Shown here: positions 23,777 through 34,273 of the stretch, piece by piece | Position numbering within the stretch: position 1 is the first letter of the stretch | Layout of the letters: each line of letters opens with the position of its first letter | Source of the DNA: Minisyncoccota bacterium | GTDB taxonomy: Bacteria; Patescibacteriota; Minisyncoccia; UBA6257; 02-FULL-45-10c | DNA: 54,816 bases | Assembly (NCBI GenBank): GCA_028715395.1 | Contig: JAQURY010000001.1 | Coordinates: 1 to 54,816 of the forward strand | Direction of reading: 5' to 3' | Made by a program: the position numbers and the translations under genes | The notes under the pieces: generated by a model | The model's database searches: none | What the model saw: the letters and a program-made list of their open reading frames with translations, nothing else | Told to the model about the DNA's origin: nothing

Positions 23777-25306
23777 ATGTCTAACTTGTTTTTATCCAAA
23801 TTCAGGCCGTATGCCTGGATTGCTCTCGCGGTTTTTTTGCTTTATGCGCAAACTTTGTTTTTTAATTTTTCCTATCTGGACGACAATGTTTTGATTCTTA
23901 ATAATCAGCGTTTTCTGGCGGGAAATATCGGGGCTGCTTTTACGAATAACGCTTTTTTTTCCGCCACGCAGTCGTTTTATCGCCCGATTCTTACTCTTTC
24001 GCTCATGCTTGATTACCAGATTGGGGGATTGTCGCCTTTTATTTATCATTTTTCAAATGTCATTTATCACGCCGTTGCCTGTTGCCTGCTTTTTGCTTTT
24101 TTGTTTAAGCTCGGATTCAGGCGCGATTTAAGTTTTATTTTCTCATTATTTTTTGCGGTGAGTCCGGTTTTGAATCATGCGGTGGCTTGGATTCCGGGAA
24201 GAAACGATATTTTGTTCGCGATATTCGCTCTGGCAAGCTTTATTTTTTTGTTAAATTTTTGGAAAAATAAAAAATGGGGATATCTTGCGGCCCATTTCGT
24301 TTTTCTCGGCCTGGCTTTTCTGACAAAAGAAAGCGCGGTTGTTTTGCCCGCACTGGCATCGATTTATTATTTTTTGGTTAAAAAAGGAAATTGGCGAGAA
24401 ATGATTGTGCCGGCGGCAGGGTGGATTGCGGTTGCGGGGCTTTGGGTATTTGTCAGGCATCTGGTTTTTACCCAGTCTTTTGTTTTTGGAATTTCCGACA
24501 GCCTGAATTATTTGGTTCGGGGCGTTCCGGCCCTGATGGTTTATTTGGGCAAAGCGATTTTTCCGTTTAATCTTTCGGTTTATCCCGTGATGGCCGATTC
24601 AACTCTTGTATTCGGGCTTATGGTCTTGGCCGCATTGGCCTTCCTCATATTCATTTCAAAAGGAAATCAGACGGGCTGGATTATTTTTGGCGCGTTCTGG
24701 TTTATTTCGTTTTTGGCAGTTTCTTTTCTGGTTCCAACCGATAATTTTTTGGAACACCGCGCGTATTTGCCTCTGGCGGGAATAATAATTTTAATGCTGG
24801 GAATCGGCTGGATTGAAAAAATAAATCTGGAAAATGTTTATAGCGCGGGAATTGTGATTTCCGTATTTTTGGGATTATTTTTAATTTCTTTTTTAAACAG
24901 CGGAAATTACAGCGACAGGCTGTCTTTCTGGCAGAGCGCTTCCCGGTCATCGTCTCATTCGGGCATAGTATGGAATAATTTGGGAGCGATACATTATCTG
25001 AATGGCGATTTTTCCGCCGCTGAGGATAAATTCAAGCGGGCGCTGGAAGCAAATCCTAATGAGCCGCTTGCGCACAACAACTTGGGACTGATTTATCACC
25101 AAAGGGGAGAGCTTGGCAAGGCGGAAGCGGAATATCTGGCCGAATTAAAAATTAATCCGTACAGCGGAGAATCTTATTACAATTTGGGAATTCTTTATGC
25201 AAATGAAAATAAAATTGGATTGGCGGTGGAGTCCTGGAAAAAGGTCTTGGAAATAAATCCGAACAGCCAGGACGCAATTAATGCTTTGAAATCGCTGGCG
25301 CGATAG
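23777..25306 (+). CDS. polytopic membrane protein with C-terminal TPR repeats (PMT/ArnT-like glycosyltransferase fold suspected)
   Basis: Start moved to MSNLFLSKFRPYAWIALAVFLLY. There are about 10 TM helices followed by TPR-like repeats (WNNLGAIHYLNGDFSAAEDKFKRALEANP...). The glycosyltransferase assignment is by architecture only. Confidence 0.6.
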   Translation: MSNLFLSKFRPYAWIALAVFLLYAQTLFFNFSYLDDNVLILNNQRFLAGNIGAAFTNNAFFSATQSFYRPILTLSLMLDYQIGGLSPFIYHFSNVIYHAVACCLLFAFLFKLGFRRDLSFIFSLFFAVSPVLNHAVAWIPGRNDILFAIFALASFIFLLNFWKNKKWGYLAAHFVFLGLAFLTKESAVVLPALASIYYFLVKKGNWREMIVPAAGWIAVAGLWVFVRHLVFTQSFVFGISDSLNYLVRGVPALMVYLGKAIFPFNLSVYPVMADSTLVFGLMVLAALAFLIFISKGNQTGWIIFGAFWFISFLAVSFLVPTDNFLEHRAYLPLAGIIILMLGIGWIEKINLENVYSAGIVISVFLGLFLISFLNSGNYSDRLSFWQSASRSSSHSGIVWNNLGAIHYLNGDFSAAEDKFKRALEANPNEPLAHNNLGLIYHQRGELGKAEAEYLAELKINPYSGESYYNLGILYANENKIGLAVESWKKVLEINPNSQDAINALKSLAR

Positions 25307-25348
25307 CTTTATTTTTTAACACAATTTCATTAATATACTAAAATAAGC

Positions 25349-25419
25349 GGGCCTATAGCTTAGTGGTAGAGCACCCGGTTTGCATCCGGGAGAGAGGAGT
25401 TCGATTCTCCTTAGGTCCA
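25349..25419 (+). tRNA. tRNA-Ala (TGC)
   Basis: Acceptor gggccta/taggtcc with G3:U70. Anticodon arm cccgg-ttTGCat-ccggg. T arm aggag-ttcgatt-ctcct. Confidence 0.9.
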
Positions 25420-25456
25420 CAAAATCCATCAGGGCGTCATTGAAGAAAAAATAAAT

Positions 25457-26173
25457 TTAACTCGCCTTCGCCGCAACAAAGGCGATTATTTTTTTGGCGC
25501 CGTTCGCGCGCAAAACATTCACGGCTTCGTTTATGGTTGAACCGGAAGTGAAGACATCGTCTATAAGCAGGATGTTTTTGTCGCGGATTAAATCAGGATT
25601 TTCAACAAAGAAGCAATTTGCGACATTCTTTTTTCTTAGTTCGTGATTTTTGAGCTCTGCCTGCGTGGCGGTATTTTTGATTCGTTTCAAACAGCGAGCT
25701 TCCATCACAATGTTGAGATGTTCAGCCGCTATTTTTCCCAGAATTTCGGCCTGATTAAATCCTCGTTTCCTCTGTTTGTTTTTATGGAGCGGGACAGGAA
25801 CAATAATAAATGCTTCAAAATTTGTATTTAATGTTTGAAGATAGCCGGTTAAAAAATTGCCCAAGATATTTTGGAGTTTTTGCCAGCCCCTGTATTTAAA
25901 ATGCCAAATAATGTTTTTAACCGCGTCGTTATTATAATTTGCCGCGGCGGCAAGCAGATATTTTGAATCTTTGTGGCAAGTTTTTATGCCGTCTGGCAGG
26001 CGCGCCTTGCAAATAGGGCAGAAAAAAGAAGAGTTTAAAACAATGCCATTCAGGCATTTCCAGCACATGCCGGTTTTAATCTCTTCCTTTTCCATGTGCG
26101 TCCGGCAATTCAGGCACAAGGGAGGAAAAAGAATGTCCAAAATCAGCGTCTTGAGGTTTTTAATTGGGTTCAT
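25457..26173 (-). CDS. comFC: ComF family protein (phosphoribosyltransferase-type competence protein)
   Basis: N-terminal Cys clusters (CLNC...CWKC, CPIC) and the PRTase motif ILLIDDVFTSGSTINEA. Confidence 0.8.
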   Translation of the reverse strand: MNPIKNLKTLILDILFPPLCLNCRTHMEKEEIKTGMCWKCLNGIVLNSSFFCPICKARLPDGIKTCHKDSKYLLAAAANYNNDAVKNIIWHFKYRGWQKLQNILGNFLTGYLQTLNTNFEAFIIVPVPLHKNKQRKRGFNQAEILGKIAAEHLNIVMEARCLKRIKNTATQAELKNHELRKKNVANCFFVENPDLIRDKNILLIDDVFTSGSTINEAVNVLRANGAKKIIAFVAAKAS

Positions 26174-26226
26174 ATCTGATATAATTCATTATAAAGCAAG
26201 CGATATTTTGATTATATATTTAACCC

Positions 26227-27306
26227 ATGTCTTTTAGCCTTTTAAGAAAAATTTTTCCCACTAATTCGTATCTTGGCGTTGATATCGGAACGACTTCAAT
26301 TAAAGTTGTTGAGCTGGCCAAGAAAAAAGGATTGCCCTTGCTTAAGTCGTATGGTTTTTTGGAAAGCTATGGTCATTTGGAGCGGCTGAATAATGCCATT
26401 CAAACCAGCACCTTGAAAATGCTGGAGCAGGAAACGGCGGGACTTTTGGTGGCCATAATAAAACAAATTGACGCCGGCACCAAAAGCGCCATCGCGTCTC
26501 TTCCTGCATTTTCCGCTTTTACGACTCTTTTGGAATTGCCTTTGATGTCCGAAGGCGACACGGCGCAGGCGATGAGTTTTCAGGCTAAGCAATATATTCC
26601 TTTGCCCATGGCTTCGGTAACAATCGATTGGATGAAAGTTGGCGAAAGAAAAGACGAAGAAACCGGCGAGATGAAGCAGCAGGTTCTTTTGATTTCCGTT
26701 CCTAACGAGATAATAAGAAAATATAAAACTATTTTTAAAAATGCCGGTTTGAATCTTGTGGCCTTGGAAATTGAGGGAATAAGCACGGCCAGAGTTTTAA
26801 CTCCTCGTACCGATAAAAATATTCTTATTGTTGATATAGGTTCCCGTTCTACCGCAATCAGCATAGCGCGCAACGGACTTTTGAAATTTTCCGGCCAGAC
26901 GGATTTTGCCGGCGGTTCATTAACGCAAACCGTAGCGTCCGGTCTTAACATCCGCGTCAGAAGAGCCGAGGATTTGAAGAAAAAACGCGGCCTTACCGGC
27001 GTGGGCGGAGAGTACGAGTTATCCACATTAATGATGCCCATGTTAGATGTTATAATAAGTGAGGTAAAGAGAGTAAAAAATAATTTTGAAAATAACTATA
27101 AAGAGAGCGTGGAAAGCGTGATTTTAGCCGGCGGAGGCGCAAATTTGATGGGAATAGAACAGTATTTTTCCGGACAGTTGGGCCTGCCGGTATCCAGGGC
27201 GAATCCTTTTTCTGAAGTGGAATATCCGAATGAAATAGGTCCGTTTGTGAAAGAGCTTGGGCCGGAATTCGTTGTGGCGCTAGGCTTAGGAATCAAGGCG
27301 TTTTAA
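26227..27306 (+). CDS. pilM: type IV pilus assembly ATPase-fold protein PilM
   Basis: Actin-like fold start YLGVDIGTTSIKVVEL. The 359-aa length and the position at the head of a pilN/pilO-like pair fit PilM. Confidence 0.85.
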   Translation: MSFSLLRKIFPTNSYLGVDIGTTSIKVVELAKKKGLPLLKSYGFLESYGHLERLNNAIQTSTLKMLEQETAGLLVAIIKQIDAGTKSAIASLPAFSAFTTLLELPLMSEGDTAQAMSFQAKQYIPLPMASVTIDWMKVGERKDEETGEMKQQVLLISVPNEIIRKYKTIFKNAGLNLVALEIEGISTARVLTPRTDKNILIVDIGSRSTAISIARNGLLKFSGQTDFAGGSLTQTVASGLNIRVRRAEDLKKKRGLTGVGGEYELSTLMMPMLDVIISEVKRVKNNFENNYKESVESVILAGGGANLMGIEQYFSGQLGLPVSRANPFSEVEYPNEIGPFVKELGPEFVVALGLGIKAF

Positions 27307-27314
27307 AAAAATAA

Positions 27315-27860
27315 ATGGCGCAATTTAACCAAAATAACGCTGAACAATTTAAATCAGACCACTTGCCTGTTGGTTGGCCGTGGAGGTTTTTGGTTTTTTC
27401 TTCTCTTTTGCTTTTCATATCTGTTTTAAGTTTTGCGGGACTGACTTTGGGTTATGAGCCTTATTTAAACAGCCAGATTAAAAAAATTGATGCTAATTTG
27501 GCCAGTCTGTCTGCTGGCATCAAACAGGAAGATAAAGAACGGCTGATCACGACTTATTCGCAGTCCGTAAATTTGAAAAAAATTCTTGATAGCCACGTTT
27601 TATCTTCGAAAGTTTTTACTATGCTTGAAAAAAACACCAGCCCGCGTGTTTATTTTACAAACATGGATTTGGATGTGGCGAATAAAAGAGTGAGCTTAAA
27701 TGGAGTGGCGGACTCTTATGTTGTTCTTTCCCAGCAATTGGCGGCTTTTGATAATGAGCCGGACATTAAAAGTTTTTTGCTGGAAGATTCGCAAATGAGA
27801 GAAAACGGGTCAGTGCAATTCAGGGCGCTTCTTAATGTTTCTGACAATTTATTTAAATAA
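27315..27860 (+). CDS. pilN: PilN-like pilus assembly protein
   Basis: Single N-terminal TM (FLVFSSLLLFISVLSFAGL), then a coiled segment. The call rests on position directly after pilM. Confidence 0.5.
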   Translation: MAQFNQNNAEQFKSDHLPVGWPWRFLVFSSLLLFISVLSFAGLTLGYEPYLNSQIKKIDANLASLSAGIKQEDKERLITTYSQSVNLKKILDSHVLSSKVFTMLEKNTSPRVYFTNMDLDVANKRVSLNGVADSYVVLSQQLAAFDNEPDIKSFLLEDSQMRENGSVQFRALLNVSDNLFK

Positions 27861-27865
27861 ATAAT

Positions 27866-28414
27866 ATGAAAGCTTCTACAAAAAGGATTTTAAGTTTAAT
27901 GGTGGCAGTTCTTATAATTATTGTGGCTATTATTATTTATGCCAATTTTGTTAAACCGGAATATGACGCGGCTCAGGCATTGCGCGGAAAAATGGCGGCT
28001 AAATTAAAAATTTATCAGGACCAATCCGAGGCTGTTACCAAAATTCAGCAATTGATTACGAAAAACACGTCCGCTTCTTTGGGGCGTTTATCGCTGGCAT
28101 TGCCGTTGAAGGAATCTTCCGAGGATATTGTCGATCAGATGCAGGCTATTGCGCAGGCGAGCGGGGTTTCTATTTCCAGCTTGAGCCTGAATTATATGCC
28201 GGTAACGCCCGGTACTTCTTTGGGGATAATAAAAGGTTACGGAACATTAAAAGTCCTTGCTAAAATTTCCGGATCTTATGATTCTTTCAAAAATTTCTTA
28301 AAATCGCTTGAAACCAATATCAGGGTTATGGATGTAAGCTCTCTTAAAGTTTCTTCGACCGGCAGTCTGGTTTACGATTTAACGGTCAATACTTATTATC
28401 AATTATCAAAATAA
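27866..28414 (+). CDS. pilO: PilO-like pilus assembly protein
   Basis: Single N-terminal TM, coiled coil, and a C-terminal ferredoxin-like-length domain. The call rests on position after pilN. Confidence 0.5.
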   Translation: MKASTKRILSLMVAVLIIIVAIIIYANFVKPEYDAAQALRGKMAAKLKIYQDQSEAVTKIQQLITKNTSASLGRLSLALPLKESSEDIVDQMQAIAQASGVSISSLSLNYMPVTPGTSLGIIKGYGTLKVLAKISGSYDSFKNFLKSLETNIRVMDVSSLKVSSTGSLVYDLTVNTYYQLSK

Positions 28415-28422
28415 ATAAATTT

Positions 28423-28707
28423 ATGGCAATTTTAGTTGAAGAAAAAAAATCGTTTAACTGGACATCTTTACTGATAGTGGTTTTGATATTCGCATTCGCG
28501 TTCGGAGTCATTTATTTCCTTCTTTTGGCGCCCAAGCCGGGAGTTGAAATTGTGGTTCCCAGCGATCAAAAGCTTACCTCCGAGCTTTCCAAAATAAGCT
28601 TTGACCCGGCTTCTCTTTCTGAAAGCGACGCCTTCAAGCAGCTTAAAGAATATACCGGCGTACCGGTTACCGGAAACATCGGAAAATCGAATCCGTTTGC
28701 CCGTTAA
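28423..28707 (+). CDS. small membrane protein in the pilus operon (PilP-like by C-terminal G-x-x-NPF motif)
   Basis: 94 aa with one TM. It ends in GNIGKSNPFAR, which resembles the (R/K)xDPF/NPF motif of PilP-type proteins. Weak call. Confidence 0.35.
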   Translation: MAILVEEKKSFNWTSLLIVVLIFAFAFGVIYFLLLAPKPGVEIVVPSDQKLTSELSKISFDPASLSESDAFKQLKEYTGVPVTGNIGKSNPFAR

Positions 28708-28753
28708 TTCCGAGTTGTAGGTTTTTAGTTTCAAGTTTGCAAGTCATTTATAT

Positions 28754-30493
28754 ATGAACTCCCAAATTTTATTAAAAGCGTTAGTTGATAAAAATCTTTT
28801 ATTGCAGGATGCCGCCGATAAACTTACCAAAGAATCGGCGCTGATCCGAAAAACTCCGGAGGAGCTTATTTATGATCGCCGCTTGGTTGACGAAGTTGAA
28901 GTTGCGAAAATAAAAAGCGGCATTTTAAAAATTCCTTATAAAAAAATTTCCGCGGAAGAAATTCCCAAGGAAATTCTGAGTTTGATAAATGAAGAAATAG
29001 CCAGAACTTACAAATTAGTCCCTGTTTCTAAAACGAGGGACTTGCTGGTTGTGGGCATGCTGAATCCGGATGACCAAAAAGCGCAGGACGCTTTGCGGTT
29101 TATCGCCAAACAGCAGCAGATTAATTTGGGAATCTATCTGGTAACTCCGGGGGATTTGGAAACCGTGCTCAGAAAATATTCTCCGTTTAAAGACCAAGTT
29201 GAAGCTGCGGTAAAATCATTGAATATAAAAACCGGCAAAGGCGGGTCTTCAAATGATAGAATTATCCAGCTTGATGAAGGAACGGCGGTGGGAGAAGAAG
29301 CTCCTATTATTAAAATTGTTGCCTCGGCGCTGAAAGAAGCGGTTAATTTGGGCGCGTCCGATGTTCACATTGAGCCGCAGAGAGGATATATGAGAATCCG
29401 TTTTAGGGTAGATGGGGAATTGCACGAGGTCAGCCAAATGCCCATGGAATTGCACCAGCCGGTGATTTCCAGAATAAAAATAATGGCCAATTTGAAAACG
29501 GACGAAAACCGTATTCCGCAAGACGGCCGTTTCCGCAGCGTGATTTTTGGACGGGATATAGATTTCCGTGTCGCTACCTTTCCCACTCCGGCCGGAGAAA
29601 AAGTTGCGATCCGTGTTTTGGATCCGACTACGGGCCTGAAGAGTTTGGATGATTTGGGGCTTACCGGAAAAAATCTTGAAACCGTAAAACAGGGGATCAA
29701 CAAGCCGTACGGAATGGTTTTGATTTCCGGACCTACAGGTTCCGGTAAAACGACGACTCTTTACGCGCTTTTGCAGATTTTAAACAATGTAGGAATAAAT
29801 ATCGTGAGCTTGGAAGATCCGGTGGAATATTATGTTGATGGGATCAATCAGTCCCAGGTCAGGCCGGAAATTGGATATGATTTTGCCGCCGGACTTCGCC
29901 AGATTTTGCGCCAGGATCCCGACGTTATAATGGTAGGTGAAATTCGCGATAATGAAACGGCGGCGCTTGGCGTGCATGCGGCTTTAACTGGACATATCGT
30001 GCTCTCCACACTACATACCAACAATGCGGTCGGAGTCATTCCGCGTTTGATAGATATGAAAGTGGATTCTTTTCTTTTGCCGTCGGCATTGAATTTAATG
30101 CTTTCCCAAAGATTAGTTTCAAAACTTTGCCAGAAATGCAAAGAAGCCACTGAGATGTCCGATTCCGTCAAGGAAATAGTTAAAAAAGAAATGGAAAAAT
30201 TGCCGACAAATATCAGACTGAAATCCGAAGTAAAAGAACCGTACAGAATTTACCGTTCTCCCGGATGCCCGGCATGCAAAGGCAAGGGCTCGGCCGGAAG
30301 AATCGCGCTTTTTGAAGTTTTGGAAATGACGCCGGCGCTTCAGGAAATAGTTAGCTCTGGCGCGGGCGAATCAAAATTAGTGGAAGAATCAAAAAAGCAG
30401 GGAATGATAACATTGCGCCAGGACGGAATTATCAAGGCGCTTAAGGGGCTAGTTAATATAGAAGAAGTTTTGACGGAAACTTCCGAAATGTAA
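28754..30493 (+). CDS. pilB: type IV pilus assembly ATPase PilB (GspE family)
   Basis: Walker A GPTGSGKTTTLYA, Asp box, His box, and the tetracysteine motif CQKC...CPACKGKG. Confidence 0.92.
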   Translation: MNSQILLKALVDKNLLLQDAADKLTKESALIRKTPEELIYDRRLVDEVEVAKIKSGILKIPYKKISAEEIPKEILSLINEEIARTYKLVPVSKTRDLLVVGMLNPDDQKAQDALRFIAKQQQINLGIYLVTPGDLETVLRKYSPFKDQVEAAVKSLNIKTGKGGSSNDRIIQLDEGTAVGEEAPIIKIVASALKEAVNLGASDVHIEPQRGYMRIRFRVDGELHEVSQMPMELHQPVISRIKIMANLKTDENRIPQDGRFRSVIFGRDIDFRVATFPTPAGEKVAIRVLDPTTGLKSLDDLGLTGKNLETVKQGINKPYGMVLISGPTGSGKTTTLYALLQILNNVGINIVSLEDPVEYYVDGINQSQVRPEIGYDFAAGLRQILRQDPDVIMVGEIRDNETAALGVHAALTGHIVLSTLHTNNAVGVIPRLIDMKVDSFLLPSALNLMLSQRLVSKLCQKCKEATEMSDSVKEIVKKEMEKLPTNIRLKSEVKEPYRIYRSPGCPACKGKGSAGRIALFEVLEMTPALQEIVSSGAGESKLVEESKKQGMITLRQDGIIKALKGLVNIEEVLTETSEM

Positions 30494-30519
30494 TTAAAAT
30501 TATGATATAATTAAAACAA

Positions 30520-31596
30520 ATGGCGGATAATTTTACCGAAAAATTAAACAATCTTTTATTGACGACAGCGAAGCAAAATGCTTCCGATTTGCATATTTCG
30601 GCAGGAAGGAGACCGACTATCAGAATTGACGGCGTTCTTGTCGGCTTGCAGAAAGAACCTATTTTAACTGCCGACGAAGTCCAGGGTTTGGTTTTTGCGC
30701 TTTTAAATCCGATGCAAAAAGAGCAATTTTTAAAAGATAAACAGCTGGATTTTTCTTTTGCGTTTGAAGACAAAGCCAGATTTCGCGTAAACGTTTATTT
30801 TCAGCGCGGCCTTCCGGCGGCGGCTTTGCGTCTTATTCCGGCGCAGATCAGAACCGTGGAAGAATTAAGTTTACCGCCAATTCTGCACGATCTCGCCAAA
30901 CTTTCCCAGGGATTCGTTTTGGTTGTGGGGCCGGCCGGACACGGAAAATCAACTACTCTTGCGTCAATTTTGGATGAAATCAACCATCAGAGAACGGAGC
31001 ATATAATCACCATAGAAGATCCGGTTGAGTATTTATTTTCGCAGGACAGAAGCATTATTTCGCAAAGAGAAGTTTTGGCGGACACGTTGTCTTTTCATGA
31101 CGCCTTAAGGACTCTTTTGCGCCAAGACCCTGACGTTGTCATGATCGGTGAAATGCGCGATTCGGAATCAATCGCCACAGCCATGACCGCTTCCGAAACC
31201 GGCCACTTGGTATTTTCAACTTTGCACACCAATTCGGCTTCGCAAACAATCGACAGAATTATCGACAGTTTTCCGCCCAATCAGCAGGGACAGATTATTT
31301 CCCAGTTGTCAGCCACCTTGGTAGCAATAATTTCTCAGAGGTTGATTCCGCGCATAGACGGCGGCAGAGTTCCGGCCTGTGAAATTATGATAGTCAATTC
31401 TGCGGTTAGGAATTTAATCCGTGAAAGAAAATCTTATCAGATTGATTTGGTTATCGAAACCAGCTCGCAAGAAGGAATGTCCACTCTTAACCGCGCCCTC
31501 GTTGATTTGGTAAGAAAAAAACAAATTTCTTTGGAAAATGCGGAATTATATTCTTTAAATCCCTCAGAGCTCAGAATTTTATTGGAAAGAGGGTAA
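30520..31596 (+). CDS. pilT: twitching motility (retraction) ATPase PilT
   Basis: ASDLHISAG, Walker A GPAGHGKSTTLAS and HIITIEDPVEY. The 358-aa length fits PilT. Confidence 0.9.
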   Translation: MADNFTEKLNNLLLTTAKQNASDLHISAGRRPTIRIDGVLVGLQKEPILTADEVQGLVFALLNPMQKEQFLKDKQLDFSFAFEDKARFRVNVYFQRGLPAAALRLIPAQIRTVEELSLPPILHDLAKLSQGFVLVVGPAGHGKSTTLASILDEINHQRTEHIITIEDPVEYLFSQDRSIISQREVLADTLSFHDALRTLLRQDPDVVMIGEMRDSESIATAMTASETGHLVFSTLHTNSASQTIDRIIDSFPPNQQGQIISQLSATLVAIISQRLIPRIDGGRVPACEIMIVNSAVRNLIRERKSYQIDLVIETSSQEGMSTLNRALVDLVRKKQISLENAELYSLNPSELRILLERG

Positions 31597-31626
31597 TTTA
31601 CGGTTATCAGTTAATAAGTTAAATGT

Positions 31627-32835
31627 ATGAAGTTTAAATATACTGCCAGAACTAAATCGGGGGAATTACAGATGGGGTTTGTTGAGGCGGTAAATCAGGA
31701 AGCCGCTACAAACATCTTGGGCGGACATGAGCTGTTTATTTTAAGCTTGGCTTCGGCTGAAGTTGTCACTTGGTATGACAAGGTTTTGAATTTTTTCAAA
31801 CGTGTTAAGCCGCAGGATTTAATGGTTTTCACGAGGCAATTTGCGACTTTGATGGAAGCGGATATTTCTTTGGGTGACAGCTTAAAAAATCTTTTTCGCC
31901 AGACTCGCAATCCGGTTTTGAAAGAAGCGATTTTTGAAATTTCTTCCGATGTTGATGCGGGATTATCTTTGTCTCAGGCGCTTGAAAGGCACAGCGAGAT
32001 TTTTTCCCAATTTTATATCAGCATGGTCCGCTCGGCGGAAATTACCGGAAGAATGTCCGAGGTTATAGGATTTTTGGCCGATTACATAGAAAAAGAGACA
32101 TCTTTAATTTCAAAAGTTAAAAATGCCTTAATTTATCCGGCCGTGGTAATCAGCTTGCTTGTTATTGTCGCAGGAATAATGATTGGATTCGTTTTTCCCC
32201 AGATTAAGCCGATATTTGAAGAAACCGGAGCGGACGTTCCTATGGTAACTCAAGTTCTTTTAGGAATCGGAACTTTTGTCGGCCAGTGGTGGTACGCGAT
32301 TATTCTGGTTTTAGCGGTGCTTATATTTTTAATAATAGATTATTTCAAGACATTGGAAGGAAAAACTCTTTTTGATGAACTGTCTCTTAAAGTTCCGGTA
32401 CTTGGAGATTTATTCACAAAAGTTTATGTTGCCAGATTTGCGGAATCAACCAGCGTTTTGATAAAAGGCGGCGTGCCTATTGCGCAGGCATTAGAGATTT
32501 CCGGCCATACGATAGGGAGCTTGGTATATATGGAAGCAATTCATGATATTGCGGATTCGGTGCGGGAAGGTGTTTTATTATCCCAGGCCCTGGAGCAAAA
32601 AGGGGAATATTTCCCTCCATTGGTCAGTCAAATGGTAGCCGTAGGCGAAAGCACCGGAAAATTAGACAATTTATTGTCCAGAATCTCGGTTTTTTACACG
32701 AAAGAAGTCGATGATTTGCTGGGAAACTTGGTGGAGCTGATTCAGCCAATATTAATGATAGTGGTAGGCGTAGCCGTAGGGCTTTTGTTTGCCGCCGTGT
32801 TATTACCAATTTACAGTTTGGTACAGCAATTTTAA
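31627..32835 (+). CDS. pilC: type IV pilus platform protein PilC (T2SS F family)
   Basis: 402 aa with two T2SSF-like repeats and three TM regions. Located between pilT and the pilin gene. Confidence 0.9.
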   Translation: MKFKYTARTKSGELQMGFVEAVNQEAATNILGGHELFILSLASAEVVTWYDKVLNFFKRVKPQDLMVFTRQFATLMEADISLGDSLKNLFRQTRNPVLKEAIFEISSDVDAGLSLSQALERHSEIFSQFYISMVRSAEITGRMSEVIGFLADYIEKETSLISKVKNALIYPAVVISLLVIVAGIMIGFVFPQIKPIFEETGADVPMVTQVLLGIGTFVGQWWYAIILVLAVLIFLIIDYFKTLEGKTLFDELSLKVPVLGDLFTKVYVARFAESTSVLIKGGVPIAQALEISGHTIGSLVYMEAIHDIADSVREGVLLSQALEQKGEYFPPLVSQMVAVGESTGKLDNLLSRISVFYTKEVDDLLGNLVELIQPILMIVVGVAVGLLFAAVLLPIYSLVQQF

Positions 32836-32866
32836 ATATGTTATTATAATAATAATCTTATAAAAC

Positions 32867-33322
32867 ATGAACGAAATTAAATCCAATAAAGGTTTTACGC
32901 TGATAGAAGTCTTGGTAGTTATTTCCATAATCGGTCTTTTGGCTTCGGTTATTTTAATCGGTTTAGGAGGATTTAGGGCAAGGGGAAGAGATGCTAAAAA
33001 AGTTTCGGAATTAAAAACCATCCAAAACGGATTGGAACTTTATTATGCAAGACATAACGCTTATCCCGCTCATTACGCGGATATCGCCAATGCGGATGAA
33101 AAACTTGGAATAAGCAAAGTTCCTCCGGGTTACAGTTATGCGGTGTGCGAAAACAGCCAGTGGTATGTTTTAGCCGCTGTGCTGGAAGCGGCCGCGGGTG
33201 ATTCTTTGTATGATGGAAGCAATGATACTGCCGATGATGGAAAAGTGTGCAGCTGGAATGACACTCCCGATGCGGGTTTAAGCCAGAATTGCACAGAGCC
33301 GACATATTGCGTTTCACCTTAA
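32867..33322 (+). CDS. type IV pilin (candidate major pilin)
   Basis: Canonical class III signal NKG|FTLIEVLVVISIIGLLASV with Glu at +5. 151 aa with C-terminal Cys residues. Confidence 0.8.
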   Translation: MNEIKSNKGFTLIEVLVVISIIGLLASVILIGLGGFRARGRDAKKVSELKTIQNGLELYYARHNAYPAHYADIANADEKLGISKVPPGYSYAVCENSQWYVLAAVLEAAAGDSLYDGSNDTADDGKVCSWNDTPDAGLSQNCTEPTYCVSP

Positions 33323-33335
33323 TATTTAAAATAAA

Positions 33336-34205
33336 ATGACAACATCAAGTTACATAATACTTTTCATTCTTGGCTTGATTTTCGGAAGTTTTTTGAACGT
33401 GGTTATTTTCCGTTACACTCCGGAGAAAAGTTTATTTGATGTAAAAAAACTTAAAGGACGCTCAAAATGCATGTCTTGTCTGAAGCAATTGTCTTGGTAC
33501 GAGCTTATACCGCTAGTAAGTTTTATTATTCAAAGAAAAAAATGCCGAGGATGCGGCTCATCGCTTTCGTGGCAATATTTTTTGGTTGAATTAGCAACCG
33601 GTTTTATTTTTTTGATTCCGGCTTGGCTGGCCTCTCCGCTTGTTTCAATAACTTATGTGTATCTTGCCAGTATTGTTTGGATTTTGATACTTCTCGGATT
33701 TTTGCTTGTTTGGGTTATTGATTACAGGTTGAATATTATTCCCAACGAATTAAATTTAACGCTGGCCATTCTTGGAATAATTTTAGTTGCTATCAGGGAA
33801 TATTACGACAAATTTGGAGCCTTTGCCGGTTCTTTTGTGGGAAGTTATGCCGCTCTTTTCGGAATGAGAGAAAATATTTGGGCAAATCATTTCTTTGGCG
33901 CGCTTGTAGGATTTTTAATTATCGGCTTGATCGTGTTTTTGACGAAAACAAGGGGAATGGGAGTCGGCGATTTGAAATTGGCCGTGGTTCTCGGATTGAT
34001 TTTCGGATGGCCGGATGTATTCTTTATTCTTATTTTTTCTTTTATAATCGGCGCGTTATTTAGCTTGTATTTGCTGATTTCCGGCAAGAAAACGTTTAAA
34101 GAGGCGGTGCCTTTCGGTCCGTTTTTAGTCATCGGTTCTTTGGCTGCGATGTTTTTCGGCGAAGCGATTTTAAGCGCTTATTTCAAGTTTTTTAACCTTT
34201 TTTAA
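33336..34205 (+). CDS. pilD: prepilin peptidase / N-methyltransferase PilD (A24 family)
   Basis: Polytopic. Cytoplasmic CMSC...CRGC zinc motif and the catalytic Asp context GMGVGDLKL. Confidence 0.9.
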   Translation: MTTSSYIILFILGLIFGSFLNVVIFRYTPEKSLFDVKKLKGRSKCMSCLKQLSWYELIPLVSFIIQRKKCRGCGSSLSWQYFLVELATGFIFLIPAWLASPLVSITYVYLASIVWILILLGFLLVWVIDYRLNIIPNELNLTLAILGIILVAIREYYDKFGAFAGSFVGSYAALFGMRENIWANHFFGALVGFLIIGLIVFLTKTRGMGVGDLKLAVVLGLIFGWPDVFFILIFSFIIGALFSLYLLISGKKTFKEAVPFGPFLVIGSLAAMFFGEAILSAYFKFFNLF

Positions 34206-34234
34206 TCTGTTTTTTATCGGCTATTGATTTCAAA

Positions 34235-34262
34235 ATACCGCAATTCTGCGGTATAATTTTTA
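34235..34262 (+). terminator. hairpin between pilD and the minor pilin genes
   Basis: 8-bp stem ataccgca / tgcggtat with loop attc, then aattttt. Confidence 0.5.
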
Positions 34263-34273
34263 TATACAAAAAC